Made by a program: the position numbers and the translations under genes | From: Amoebidium appalachense | Lineage: Eukaryota > Protista > Ichthyosporea | Direction: 5' to 3' | NCBI GenBank assembly: GCA_963693365.1 | Contig: CAVNZM010000017.1 | Span: forward strand, 2,533,527-2,597,526 | DNA: 64,000 bases | In this document: piece by piece, positions 20,052-34,270 of the stretch | Numbering within the stretch: the first letter of the stretch is position 1 | Layout: each line of letters starts with the position of its first letter | The notes under the pieces: generated by a model | Told to the model about the DNA's origin: nothing | The model's database searches: none | Seen by the model: only the letters and a program-made list of their open reading frames with translations

Positions 20052-20824
20052 CCCCTCCTTTTGTGTGTCAGTGGAGGTTTTTTTTTTGTGGGGGGGGGGG
20101 GGGGGGGGGGAGAATTTGGCAGAGGAGGTTCAAAAATGAAGAGAAAAAGCTTTCTGTCCCCCTACCCTCTCCTTTGCATTCCTTTTTTTGGTCTCTTTTT
20201 TGGGGGAGGGGGGGGGGGGGGGGAGAGGGCGGGCAAGGGAGGGAGGGAGGGGCTGTGGGGGTCGGGATGGGAGAGGGAGGGAGGACGGGGGGGGGGGGGG
20301 GAGGGGGTAGGAGAGAGGTGGTGACGGGGTTGGGGATGAGAAAAGAAAGAACGATCGGACGAAAAAAAAAAAAAAAAAAAGGTGGGGGGGAGGGGGGGAA
20401 AGAAAAATCATGGAAATGAAAAGAAATGCCCGTACGTCCCAATGTTTTTTGACCGGAATCACCCTCCTTTTCACACAGTTTGGGCTGTATCCGACATACG
20501 AGGCACGGCACACCCCCCTGAGGGAATTTCGGGACAGATATGAGCAGCTGGCCAACGGGGAGCAGGTGGAGGGCATAAAGGAGGTCTTGGTGGGTGCGTG
20601 GCCCCATAATTACATACTTACATATAAAAATATACGTAAAATAATAATATAATAAATATATGGGCCTGAAATGTACAGATAACACTGTCATATAGGATGG
20701 CTGTTTGCCAGGGCTGGTGTACCACACAAATACGCAATGTCACAAGCATGGACACACACACACACAGACACGCGCATGCACACACACACACATGCACACA
20801 TACACACACACACTCACACACACA

Positions 20825-20857
<33 letters not shown>

Positions 20858-21082
20858 GAGCCTACAGACACACACACATGCACACACAACCACGTGCACG
20901 TGAACGCACAGACATCAGCAAAACATGCATGCGTGTGCAAGAGCACCCACACATACTAATGGAGTCGGACACACACACACACAAGCATGCATTTGCACCC
21001 GCGAATCGCATTTGCACAGGAGGACATTCATACAGGCTCTCACACACGGAGCACGTCTTGATACGGACATCTATCTGTGCAG

Positions 21083-21114
<32 letters not shown>

Positions 21115-21174
21115 CATTCTGCATCGTGTTATCCCTTGTTCTTGTGTACATCGTACTGTATGACACATTCAAGC

Positions 21175-21273
<99 letters not shown>

Positions 21274-22071
21274 TACCGAGAACCCACATGCAACACCCAA
21301 GTTGATCTTTGTGTAAACTTTCATGCCATGAGTGTACCTTTCTCTCTATACTCCGTGCTGAAGGCCCCCCCCCCCCCCCCCCCCCCCTCCATCGCACCCT
21401 CCCGTCAGACTTCCTTTTTTCTTACAAAAAGAATGTCTACACTTTTGAACTCACAACCCTCCTGACGTCCGTTAGGTAGCCGGGGGAATTTAGCCCCCTT
21501 ATCATGAAAAGCAATGTGTGGGTGGTGGCATGGCTGAAGGTTGGGGAAGAGATAAATGAAATTGTGCTTGTGGGGAAGGGGGGGGGGGGGGGGGGGGGGG
21601 GAGGGGGGGAGGGAGAGGGGAAGCCGGGAGAGATAAAGAGAGCGGGGTGGGGAGGGGCGGGGGAAGAAGGGAGAAGGGGGGGGAGAGGGGAGCGCGAGGG
21701 GAGGGGGGGAAGAAGGAGAGAAGGGGAAGGGGCATAGAAAGCTATGTTAACGTAGTTTACAAAAAGTTGTCGTTTCTTGCCCCTCGTCTTCACACTTCTC
21801 AAATCACTCACCTTTTATGGGCAGGTAGGGTTACTTCAGTGCGAGAATCCAGTTCCAAGCTATACTTCATTGACGTTATGCAGGGTGAGTGCCTAACCCC
21901 TCCCCCCCCCCCCCCCCCCCCCCTCGCCCGTCCGGCCTCTGGCATACGCACACACACACGCACACACGCACCGACCCGCGCACGCACACGCACACGGTAC
22001 GGCACACACACACACAAAAAATGTGTTGTCCGTAGTGAATATGTAGCTCATACTCCATAACATTTTTATTC

Positions 22072-22129
<58 letters not shown>

Positions 22130-22423
22130 ACACACACATACAAACACACTTCTTCTAGGACTGTCTCCCCCCCGTTCTTTTTTTTTTTTTTTTTTTTTTT
22201 CTATAGGGGGGATGGAGGGGGGAGAAGGGGGTGGGGGGGGGCAGGGAGGGAGTTGGGACGGGGTACTTGTATGCAACGCTCCCCCCCCCCCCCCCCCCCC
22301 CTTATGCTGCATACTTGATTGTTTGCTTTTGCCCTGTATCCTACACCGTGTTCCGCATTCTACCCCCCTCCTCCCCGCGGTCCCCCCATGCCTGTGGACT
22401 CCTCGACGTTTCCCACAATTATC

Positions 22424-22460
<37 letters not shown>

Positions 22461-24583
22461 ACTCCTCCATGCCCCCCCCTTTTCCTTTTTGGTTGTTTGG
22501 GGGGGGTGGGGGGGGGTGGGGGTGGGAGGGCGGGAGGGGGGGTTGATGCTGTTGTGTGTGCGTGTGGCACGCACCGTGCGGTAGTTGTTTTTTATGGAGG
22601 GAGGGAGAGGGGGGGGGGGGGGGGGGGAGGAATTGATATACCATGTCGGTGTCAGGAAGTTGTTACGAATCGGTGCAGATTTTCGTTTTAAAAATATTAT
22701 TATTAATATCATCATCATTTTTCTTTTCTTTTCTTTTTTTTTTTTTTTCGGTCCCCCGGGGGGGGGGGGGGGGGGGGGGGGGGGAGGGGGGAGGGGGGAG
22801 GGGGGGGGGAGGGGGGGATGTAACATACTATATTGGTGTCAAGCAACTAATATGATTGGTGCAGACGGCAAGCACATTCAGGTGGTGGCCTCGAGACAGC
22901 GATTTGAAGACCAAGAGCACTTCCGGCTAATGACGTCAACAATAAGAAGGGGCGATATTGTGGGTGCGTATCAGCATCCCCAACTTGCCCCCCTCCCCCT
23001 CCCCTCCCAAAAAAAAAAAAAAAAACAAAAAAAAACTGGCGCACCTGCAAATCCCCCCCCCCCCCCCCCCCCCCCCCCAACTTTCCCCTTCACTATACAG
23101 TATCCGTCGGCACATCAATACAAGTGTACACCCGCCAACCAAGTGAACCTGATGAGCTGATAATAAGTGCAACTTCAGCAGATTAAGTATCATACCATAG
23201 GGACACACATGGGGTTTTCTTCCCAAATTACCATATGTATATACATAATATGTCACGTTTCACATTTATAATCAGCAATACCAAATCGGGCTTTATTTAT
23301 ATGTGCTTATATATACAATGTATAGCACTTCATCTCATGCATTCTAACCTTCCACAGAGTTCCACGGGCATGCTGGCCGCACCAAAGTAGGGGAGCTGTC
23401 TTTGTTCATCAAAGATCTTCGCCTATTGGCGCCTTGCCAACACGATCTGCCCAAGCTGAATACACTAACGAATGTGGTATGTTTTTGACCCCCCCCCCCC
23501 CCCCCCCCCAGCACACACACACATACACACACACACACGCGCGCGCGCGCGCGCGCACAGCGTGCCTGCACTCTGTTCTTGCTCTTGCCCCTATGTGCTC
23601 CGTACTATGAGCAACCCTGGCGAAACCCCTCCCCCCGTCCCCCCCCCCCCCCCCTCACCGGCTTGCCCCTCCCTCTCTCCTTCCTCGTCTCCTTTGATTC
23701 CATACCAAGGTGCTCGGCACAAATTTGTTGTTTACTCATATTTCCACAATCATGGGGATACAAATTGATAGTCTTGCGAATGTTCGATAAGACGAACAAG
23801 CAAAATAACTATCCCAGTACGTAAAGCTCCCCCCTTCCTCCCTCGGGGGGAGGGGGGGGCTTGTTCTCCACGGGCTCTTTAGTTCAAGTTGATTGACCCT
23901 CAGGCACAATAAACATTACACAAAGTGCATCATTTTGCTCTTTTTTTTTGTTTATTTCGTTTCCTTGGTGGGATGGGTGCCCTTTGAAACACGACGGTGA
24001 AGGACAATGCGTTATGAACAAAACGAAGAAAATACGAGCAGTTTTTTTTTTTTTTTTTTTTTTTTTTTTGTCCGATGAGGTTGGTGTGTATATGTTGCCT
24101 GATTTCGTTTTTTTTTTTGCAGGAAACGCGGTTTCGGCAGCGGTACCTTGACCTGTTGGTCAACACGGAGTCTAGGGAGGCCATCATCATGAGGGCAAAG
24201 GTGTGTCCTGATCTTGGTTTCGCGCGTTGAAAGTGATGGTGGTTTTCGGTAATATTTTATTTTGCTCGTTGAAAGCGATGGTTTTGGGTTATAATTTATT
24301 AGTTTTTATTTATTTTTTAGTGTATTTTATTTACTTTTTTTTTTTCCCCTGCTATTCCTCGCGCCTTTCTCTGTTTCTTAGCTTGGTTATCCCTTCTTCC
24401 TTCCTGCTATATTAAGTTGTATCTCCTTCCTTTCTTCCGTCTTCATATGATTTTTTCCCCGTGTAGTTAGGAGGTTGACATGGAAACTGGGAGCATGTAC
24501 ACATTTCCTCCTCCCTCCTCTGCTTTGCCCTCTCTATGTGCATGTGTGTTTTGGGCGTCATTGCATGTAATCCCCCCCCCCAC

Positions 24584-24615
<32 letters not shown>

Positions 24616-25069
24616 AAAAAGAAAAGAAAAAGAATGTAATAATAAAAAACAGGAGGGGGGGGGGGGGGGGGGGATGGATATATTTTACACCTTTAAGTGT
24701 ACCTCATATGACGACAATTTTTCCTGAACTTTCTGTATATCTTGTTCCTGGAGTGTGATCAGTTGCATAGTCGTTTTCTGTTGAAATCCTAAGAAAACAG
24801 CAACTGATGTATATCTGCCTCTCTGCATATCCCCCCCCAACTGCTGGGAATACGCCGCATACAATTTGCTAATAACTGATACTTATCTCCCCCTCCGTAT
24901 ATCTCCCTTGTACAGTTGCTCCAGCACCTTCGATCCTTCCTTGACAGCCGCGGGTTTCTAGAGGTGGAGACACCAATCCTAGCCAAGCAGGTAACGTTAC
25001 CCAACGTTACCTGCAGTGCACATTGGGAGAAATAGTCTTGGAAAGAAAATGTTGCCCCCCCCCTCCCCC

Positions 25070-25100
<31 letters not shown>

Positions 25101-25740
25101 ACACACACACCTCACACCCTCTCTTTCGGTTTTTTTTTTGGGGAGAGGATGGTGATGGAAAGAGAGGGGAAGAGGTGGGGATGGGGTTGGGTGGGTGGGA
25201 GGGGGAGGGGGGGAGGGGAAGGATGACACACTTGTCGGACGGCAATCTGGCACGGACGAGTAAATAGTACACCTAGTTTATATTTTTAGTAGAAAATACC
25301 ATGTAGTGACAGGAAGATACATGGACGGTTGCTCATGTACAGGTGTGTGCGGTTTATGCTCACATTTCGTAGAATGGTGTGTGTGTGCCTGCCTGCCTGC
25401 CTGCCTGGGTGTGTGTGTTTGTCCGTGTGTGCTCACCGGGTATTGTTATGGGTTCACAGGCGGGCGGGGCCAATGCCAGGCCGTTCACGACACAATCCAA
25501 TGCCATGCACACGGAGTTTCTCCTACGTATTGCACCGGAACTCTATCTCAAGGTACTGCTTGCATTCTTTTTTTTTTGCTTTATGCCATGCCACTTCTTA
25601 TTCACTGCAGTATCTTACGTTTGTCTATCTACTAATATTATGAAAACTTTAGGTGGTATATAATCCTTAATGGGGTCCATTAATTAGTCGGGATGGCGGA
25701 TGGGCACAGAAACAGATACTATTTGTCTATGAATTTCATA

Positions 25741-25789
<49 letters not shown>

Positions 25790-25828
25790 ACAAAAAAAAA
25801 AAAAGAAAAGAAAAAAGTAAAAGAAAAC

Positions 25829-25882
<54 letters not shown>

Positions 25883-26190
25883 AAGAAAGAAAGAAAGAGG
25901 GGAAAAAAAAAGGAAACCATTGCGATTACTCCGAGCTGTAGATATTTAACCTTTTGTAGAGTTTTGCCACTCTTACAGTATGAAGTACCACTTTCATACA
26001 GGTCCTGTAGTTGTTTGACTGTATGCTTAGTTATGTGCATAGTTAACATATTTCACTAAGCACGTGTGCGTATACACCTTTCTACCCACACCAAACAAGC
26101 ACACACACCCCGGTTAGACATGTCAGCATATACACTTTATACCCACTAAGCGCGTGACACGAGCAATGCACTCATTACGGTACACACACG

Positions 26191-26264
<74 letters not shown>

Positions 26265-27145
26265 CGCACACACACACAATTTACCTCTTGCCTCCCCCTC
26301 CCTCCCTCCCTCCCTCCCCCCCCCCCCTCCCCCCCCCCCCCCCCCTCTCCTTCCCCCCCCCTCCCCCCTTCCCCCTTCCTCCCCCCCCTCCCCCCCTTCC
26401 CTCCTCCCTCCCGTACTTAAGCAAGTAGTAAACTCACTGTTTGCACACAGCAATTGGTGATTGGTGGATTGGAACGCGTCTACGAGATTGGCAAACAGTT
26501 TCGCAATGAAGGTGGGTGGGAGTTTTCACACATGAATGTGCGGGAAGTGGTTTTGGAGAAGGTGCTTATGTTAGTGCCACGTGCATGCCTGTGCACTTAC
26601 TTTCAGTTGTGCACCCGTGTGCACATGTGTACGTGTGCGTGTGTGCATGTGTGTGGGTGTGTGCATGTGTGTGTGTGTGTGTGCATGTGTGTGTGTGTGT
26701 GCATGTGTGTTTACTTGCAAATGTGCAAATGTGTGTGTGCATGTGTGTGGGTGTGTGCATGTGTGTGTGTGTGTGCATGTGTGTGTGTGTGTGGCATGTG
26801 CATGTGCATGTGCATGTACAAGCATGTGGGTATTCGAGTGCTTGTGTGGGTATGAGGTTTACGTGCATATGTGCCTGTGCGTGAGAGTGCGAAGGGGCGA
26901 TTTGCATGTGTGTTCATGTTTGGTTGTTGGTGTTGCCATGGCCTAACAAAATCCGAAATCTGAATCCGAAAATCCAAAAATCCTGACAAAAAATTAATAT
27001 GCAACATACATAACAGGAATCGACCGTACACATAACCCCGAGTTCACCACGTGTGAGTTCTACATGGCCTATGGGGACTTCAATAACATCGTCAATATGA
27101 CCGAGACCTTCCTCTCTGATATCCTACCGTTTATTTCCTGTGTGT

Positions 27146-27218
<73 letters not shown>

Positions 27219-27556
27219 CACACACACGTGTTCGTGTGCGCATGTGTTTGTGTATGAATGCACGTATGTAAGTATGTATATATGTATGGATATCTTCTAT
27301 ACACATCTACACAATCACATGTATGTGTTTGCACCTTAACCACACACACAGCTCGTTCAGAAGCTTCATGGTCGTCAGCAGGTGACAGTTAAGGGGCGCA
27401 CACAGGGAGCAGAGCACACGATCGATTTCAGCCCCCCATTCCAACGCATATCCGTGATGGAAGAGTTGGAAAAGAGGCTGGGTCATTCCTTGGCACTGAC
27501 CGAACGAGGTGTTTGTGGGTGGGTGGGTGGGTGGGTGGGTGGGTGGGTGTGTGTGT

Positions 27557-27602
<46 letters not shown>

Positions 27603-27718
27603 GGGGGGGGGAGGGGGGAGGGTGGGGGCGGGGAAGGGAGAGGGGGTAGTGTGTGTGGGTGTGTATGTGTGTTTAGGGGGGGTGGGGGAGGAAGAGGGCG
27701 AGCAGGGGGGACCGGTGT

Positions 27719-27749
<31 letters not shown>

Positions 27750-27958
27750 GAAGGGAGAGGGGGGGGGAGCAGGGGAGGGGAGGGGGGTAGTACGTGTGTG
27801 TGGGGGGGGGGGGGGGGAGGGGTTGTGTGTGTGTGTGTGTGTGTGTAGGTGGTTTGGTGTGTGTGTGTGTGTGTGCATGTGTGCATGCGCACGCCCTCGT
27901 GTGAATGTGTGTTAGAGGGTGTGGGTCTGGGTATGTGGGTACGGATGAGCAGGTGTGT

Positions 27959-28033
<75 letters not shown>

Positions 28034-28692
28034 CGTGTGTGTGTGGCATGTTTTGTGGGTGCATAGTGGGGAGGAGTGGGATGTTTGATCAGAGGGAAAT
28101 GTTGGGTGCCCAAATGTCTGCGGGCTATGTGTACGGTGACAGGTTATTCATGATAAAGAGGGAAGGTGGAATAGGGAAGCAGATGGTCGGGGCAGACAAT
28201 GCAGGCAGATTTAACAACCCCCCCCCCCCTCCCTCCCCCTCCTCCTCCCCCTCCTGCCCCACGTTACCTACCACCCCATGGCCTGGATGTTGTACTTTGT
28301 TCGAGTGCCTTGTGCTTGTCCAATTGCTTCCGTTTCTGTATTGTGCCTTTGCTTTTGTGGTTTTGTTGTCGTTGCTTCCACGTTTCTCTCCCGGCGGCAC
28401 CTCGTGCACCGTAAAATACCTCCCCCTTTTTTTTCGCGCTCTTAACAAATACTACCCCCCCCCTCCCCCCTTTTTTTTTCTTCTTCTTTTCTTTTTTTCC
28501 TCCCCAGGACTCCGTGAACGGCTAGCATCAGCATGCAGCAAACACCGCCTGGGCCCATCAGACAACTGCAGTGAAACGATGCTACTGGATAGACTACTAT
28601 CCCACTTCGTGGAGCCTCTGTGCGTGCAACCTACCTTCCTAGTGGATTTCCCTCAGATTCTTTCTCCACTTGCAAAGGAACACCCTACGCAG

Positions 28693-28724
<32 letters not shown>

Positions 28725-29125
28725 TTGTGGGAGGAGGAGAGGGGAGGGGGGAGGTGAGAAAGGGGTTGGGGGGGGGGGGGAGGGGGGGAGCAAGAAAGCG
28801 GTACGTGTGTGGGGAAGGGACGGAGGAAAGAGAGGGGGGGGGGGAGGGATGGAGAGAGAGAGACAGGAGAAGAGAGAGAGAGGGTGTGTGTGTCTGTGTG
28901 TGTGTGTGTGTGGCGGTGGTGGTGGTGGTGGTGGGGGAGGGATTGGGGGGGGATAAGGGAGAAGGGTAGGGAAGTGATGGGAACTTCACACCGGTTGAAA
29001 TCGAACGTGAAAGTCACCAGGGGCGCAGTGGTGGTGGCCTGAGGGGAGAGTAGAATATTTAGAAATACGATACCCTAAGGGGTTTGTTGTTGCGCTAACC
29101 CCGTTGTTCTTATCTTTCTTCCTCT

Positions 29126-29165
<40 letters not shown>

Positions 29166-29422
29166 TTTTCTTTTTGTGTGTGTGTGTGTGCTCTAGCTTC
29201 TTTTTTCTTCTCTATTCTTCCTTTTCTTTCTTTCTTTTTTTTATATTTATTTTCTTTCCCTTCCTTTCCTTTTCTTCTCCTTTTTTTCCCCTATACAGGC
29301 CGGGCTTACCCAACGGTTTGAGCTGTATGTTGCTGGCTGGGAGCTGTGCAATGCCTATGCGGAGCTGAACGATCCTGAGGAGCAGAGGGCTAGATTTGAG
29401 GCACAGGCTCACGTATGCTTGC

Positions 29423-29461
<39 letters not shown>

Positions 29462-29583
29462 TTCCCAAAACTCTGCCAATGATGCATACTCTGTGAGTTC
29501 CGTGCTAATATTTGCATTTTGAACCTATAGTTCCGCGCCAAATTTTGGATTTTAGACATGTAGTTCATACGCGATACATTCTT

Positions 29584-29639
<56 letters not shown>

Positions 29640-29743
29640 AAAAAGAAAAAAGAAAAGAAAAAAAAAAAAACTCGTTCTCTACTCACGTATATACACCGTC
29701 CCTCAGCCCTTCCATCGCACATACGTAGTGTTTCCAACCCCTC

Positions 29744-29796
<53 letters not shown>

Positions 29797-30418
29797 ACAC
29801 ACACAAAAACAAACAGACAAAAAAAAAAAAACTATCCTCCTTTTTCACCCTGTGCATAAGCTCTGCCACCTCTGACTTTCCAAGAACCATTCGTGTTCAG
29901 CGATACTTGGAGGTGGTTAGGATTGTCTCTGCTACACATTCTCTTTCGTTAAAAACTGACGAAGTTGCATATTCTTTGTTCTGTTGCTACCATAAAACTA
30001 AAAAAGAAGTAGGAATATCGGTTCAACTTGAGACGTGTCATGTGAGCGCACATATTTTTTTATTTTTTTTTTTGGCAATGAAATTCATTCAGATTAGGGC
30101 ATCAGAGAGGGCCTATAATGGACATGTCGACATATAGCACAATCACCAAAGACACAACAAGATAGTCTCTGAGATAGCTTCACCGGATATTCAACGAGAT
30201 ATACCAAATCACGAAAAGTCAACCGTAGCGCTTCTACCCTCTCGAGCCAAACTATTCATCATTTGAAGTGTGTAGCATACAGTAACGTAGCTAACAGCAC
30301 ACACACCCACACCCGCCCAACTCCCTCTCGTTTCCAGCACCCTACATAGATATGCTAGCGTGCGCGCGCACACGCACCCACGCCCACGTACACACACACA
30401 CACACATACACATGCGCG

Positions 30419-30466
<48 letters not shown>

Positions 30467-30622
30467 CACACGCACACGTACACGTACACAGGCACGCACA
30501 CAAGGTGATGCCGAAGCACAGATTTTGGACGAAGATTTCTGCAAAGCCCTTGAATACGGCCTCCCCCCCACAGCAGGTTCGTGTAACCTTTTCTGCTCTT
30601 ATGCCAGCCTTTTTTCTACCCT

Positions 30623-30672
<50 letters not shown>

Positions 30673-30839
30673 CCTTCCTCCCTCCCTCCCTCCTTGCTCC
30701 CTTTCCCAAAAGGTCTCTAAGGAAGCACAGGTTTGAATACGAGTAATAGTGTATGCGGAAGGCAAATAAAAGGGTTGCAAAATTGTCTCTTCCCATCCCT
30801 GGGGTTTTTTCTTGTGCAAGCTGACATACTAACTTACCC

Positions 30840-30876
<37 letters not shown>

Positions 30877-31006
30877 ACCACCACCACCACCACCACCAAC
30901 ACACACACACGCACACACACACACATACACACACACACACGCACACACACATACACACACACACCCCAACACACACCAACACACACCAACACACACACAA
31001 CACAAC

Positions 31007-31039
<33 letters not shown>

Positions 31040-31123
31040 ACACACACACACCCATCCTCCCCCCTCCCTCCCTCCCTCCCCTCCCCCTCCCCCCCCCCCC
31101 CCCCGTACTTTTTGACGCATTCA

Positions 31124-31175
<52 letters not shown>

Positions 31176-31290
31176 ACACATACACACAGGCTGGGGCATG
31201 GGTCTTGACCGCCTGCTTATGCTCCTTTCTGGCCACACCCAAATCCGAGAGGTCCTGGCTTTCCCTGTGCTCAAAGATCGCACATCATAA
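18478..31290 (+). CDS. KARS: class II lysyl-tRNA synthetase, probably mitochondrial (MSK1-like)
   Basis: 16 in-frame exons: 18478-18575, 19593-19716, 20479-20593, 21825-21884, 22865-22963, 23358-23476, 24123-24200, 24916-24990, 25460-25552, 26451-26511, 27017-27118, 27350-27508, 28508-28692, 29299-29412, 30492-30576, 31190-31290. Motifs: [111 protein letters not shown]. The N-terminus is R/S/A/L-rich with RYFST. Confidence 0.95.
19717..20478 (+). other. GC-AG intron in LysRS
   Basis: Exon 2 ends AAG|GCAAGT. The GC donor keeps frame with exon 3 (FGLYPTY); the GT 4 nt downstream would frameshift. Confidence 0.75.
27119..27349 (+). other. U12-type (minor spliceosome) AT-AC intron in LysRS
   Basis: 5' ATATCCT, branch CCTTAAC at 27334-27340, and terminal AC 9 nt later. 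The splice gives TETFLS-E-LVQKLHG in frame; no GT-AG solution was found at this junction. Confidence 0.9.
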
Positions 31291-31295
31291 CGACC

Positions 31296-31508
31296 CCGCC
31301 ATCAAATCTCTTAAAGCTTCAACTGTTCTGTATTTGGGTTTTGTTAATTTGGCTGTCAAATGTGCTCTGGCTTTGAGTATACTGACTGAGTGAATTCAAG
31401 ATCCCACCATCAAATTTCTTGAAATTTCAACTGTTCTGCATTTAGATTTTGTTAATTTGGCTATCAAATGTGCGCTAACTTTGAGTATACTGACCGGGTG
31501 AATTCAAG
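31296..31508. repeat. diverged ~108-bp tandem duplication just after the LysRS stop codon
   Basis: ccatcaaat...tcaactgttctg...ttttgttaatttggct...tttgagtatactgac...gtgaattcaag occurs at 31299 and 31407. Confidence 0.85.
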
Positions 31509-32019
31509 GATAGATCACAGCTAGTTCCGCGGATGATTGATCGGAACCACACTTTATATTAACCTTAACCTAAACTACGAAATTTATAATTGCAACCTAA
31601 TTGTGTACGGAAAGTTTCTCTGTTCTATTCCCCCTTTTATTATTTCATATATTTATTTCCCTCCGATAGGTCGAGGAGTGTATGTGGATATATGCACACA
31701 CAAGCACACATGCTGGCACCCCAGACATCCCTCTATACCCACCCCTCCATGCACCAACAGTAGAAAGTACACACTGTGGAAACGTTATGCCAGCTCAAAT
31801 CAGAAAAAAAAATGTTTTGTGAGCTTCAATATATAAGTTGTCTTGCATCTTTTTGAAGTATCCTAGCGGCTTTGAAAACGGCCACACCGTATCATACACC
31901 AAACCACACAAATTTCTTGCGCACAGCAAATTGCAACACACATACACACACACACGGAAACACACACACTCGACCAGGCCGACAGAGACACACCACCAGA
32001 GGATCATTGCACTACCACA

Positions 32020-32059
<40 letters not shown>

Positions 32060-32731
32060 CACACACACGCACACACACACGCACACACCGCGAAGCGCAA
32101 TCTGGGTTTTGAACGTTTGATCTGAAGCAAACACATGGCAACAGCCTTTATATATCCTTCAACCTTCACATCAGGGATATGTTCATATCTACACAAGAGG
32201 ATGTACAAAACATGATCAATTGCTTACCCCAATGACTCGCACGTGCACACTAGAAGTCGATTGAATTCTTTAGGCATATCATGATCAACCAACGCCTTCC
32301 TATCTCACACTATACAATCACCTATATTGTTCGTTATTTATAAATATATCTGTCCATTGGTTCTCCGGTTTTACATTAATAACAGTGTGACGTCTGCGGC
32401 TGGTCTGCTGGCATACTCAACAAAGAAAAATATAATGAATCCAGTTTTGCCCCCCCCCCCCCCCCCCCAAACACCCGTACACACACAGTGCGCAGACACA
32501 CAGCCATACCCACCCCCACCCCACCCCACCCACCCACCCCGTAAATGTAGCACGATCGATCTAGCAGAGCGTTGTGTTCTAGCTTCTTTCCTCCACACCT
32601 TAATTGCATTGCACGGCCTCGCCATTTCAAGACGATCATGGCTATAGCCACTAGAACGTGGTGTTCCAACTTCGACTCAGCAGAACACAGAGTTCTCACT
32701 TCTCAGTAGCAGAACACGGATCACAACGTTC

Positions 32732-32963
32732 TCACTTCTTTGCAGCGCTGGGTGATGCCCCTGCATTTGCTGGGGCCTTACGGGGTGGGCGTGCGCTCTG
32801 GAAGATCTTGCCGAGCTTGACCAGACCCTTGGCTCGTGCCTTCTGCTCGTTGCGGTCCACGCTGGAATCGAGAACAACCTGCTCTACCACCGTCCTGAGG
32901 GTGTGATGTCCGTGTGTGAGTATGTGTGGTTGTGGTTGTGGGTGCCTGAACATGTACGTGTGT

Positions 32964-33005
<42 letters not shown>

Positions 33006-33054
33006 CAGGAGGAGGGAGGGAGGATGGGGCCTGTGGGAGGAGGGGGGGGTATAT

Positions 33055-33094
<40 letters not shown>

Positions 33095-33714
33095 CACGGG
33101 ACAAGTGAACCATTGAGTCCACGAGCAAGCCAAACCCCCTTCTCCCCCCCCACGTTTTACGATGTGTGCTCCAAAACCAAACTAAAGCAATAAATAAATA
33201 AAATCCGTAAACGGAAAAAAAACAAGTCGAAACAAAAACTCGAATCCTCCGTTGGTTACCTGAGAGCACACAATAAAGAAATATATATATTAACTAAATA
33301 CAGACAAGATTAATCGAACATAAACAAGCTCAGATCCCCCCCTCCCAACCCCCCCCAAAGCCCCCCCCCCTTTTTTTTTTTTACCTGAGTGTGCTCTCTA
33401 TGTCCAGCAGACTAACATTCCACAGTGCTGCCACCACATATGGCATGATGGTCTCCGCCTGGCGCTGCTGCTCTCGGTTCAGGTCTGCCTGGGTGGCACC
33501 ATCCTTGGCTGCCTCGGCCATCTGCTTGTTCTGGAAACATACATACAAGAGAACAAGGAAAAGGGGAGGGGAGGGGGGGGAGGGGGGAGGGATGAGGAAG
33601 CAAGGAAGGGGGGGGGGGGGGGGGGGGGGGGAGGGGGGGGGGGGGAGGGAGGGAGAGACATTGCATGGCCCGTGGGGAATCGGAAGGGGGAAAGGTGATG
33701 GGGAAAGGGGAAGG

Positions 33715-33745
<31 letters not shown>

Positions 33746-33992
33746 AAGATGGGCAAAAGGAGAGTCAAAAAGGGGACGGGGGGGGGGAGGGGGGGGGGAG
33801 GAGGAGGAGGGAGGGGGGAGGGGGAGGGGGGGGGGGGGGGGGGGGGTAACATCTAATGGATAGAATAAAAAGTGAAGGCATAACCTTCCCTAACCCATTT
33901 CTCAGCCATCCCTCATGCTTTTATGCTTCCCCATAACCCTGATACTCAATGCACCTCACATACCGCTTTGCTTCGATATATCCCCCCCCCCC

Positions 33993-34023
<31 letters not shown>

Positions 34024-34234
34024 ACCATACTTCCCCCTTTCCCCCACCCTTGCCCCCACTCACCCAACCACACGCCCACACCCAGTCCCATTCCACCTCC
34101 ACACACTCACCCCTGCTCCCCTCCAAGAAAGCAGTTTAAGTCATTAAGTCGTTTTTCTAATGGAACATCTGCATACTTGCTCCGCTATTTATGGAAGTGT
34201 GCTATACCAAAAAAGCCCCCAGAATAAGGGGGAT

Positions 34235-34270
<36 letters not shown>

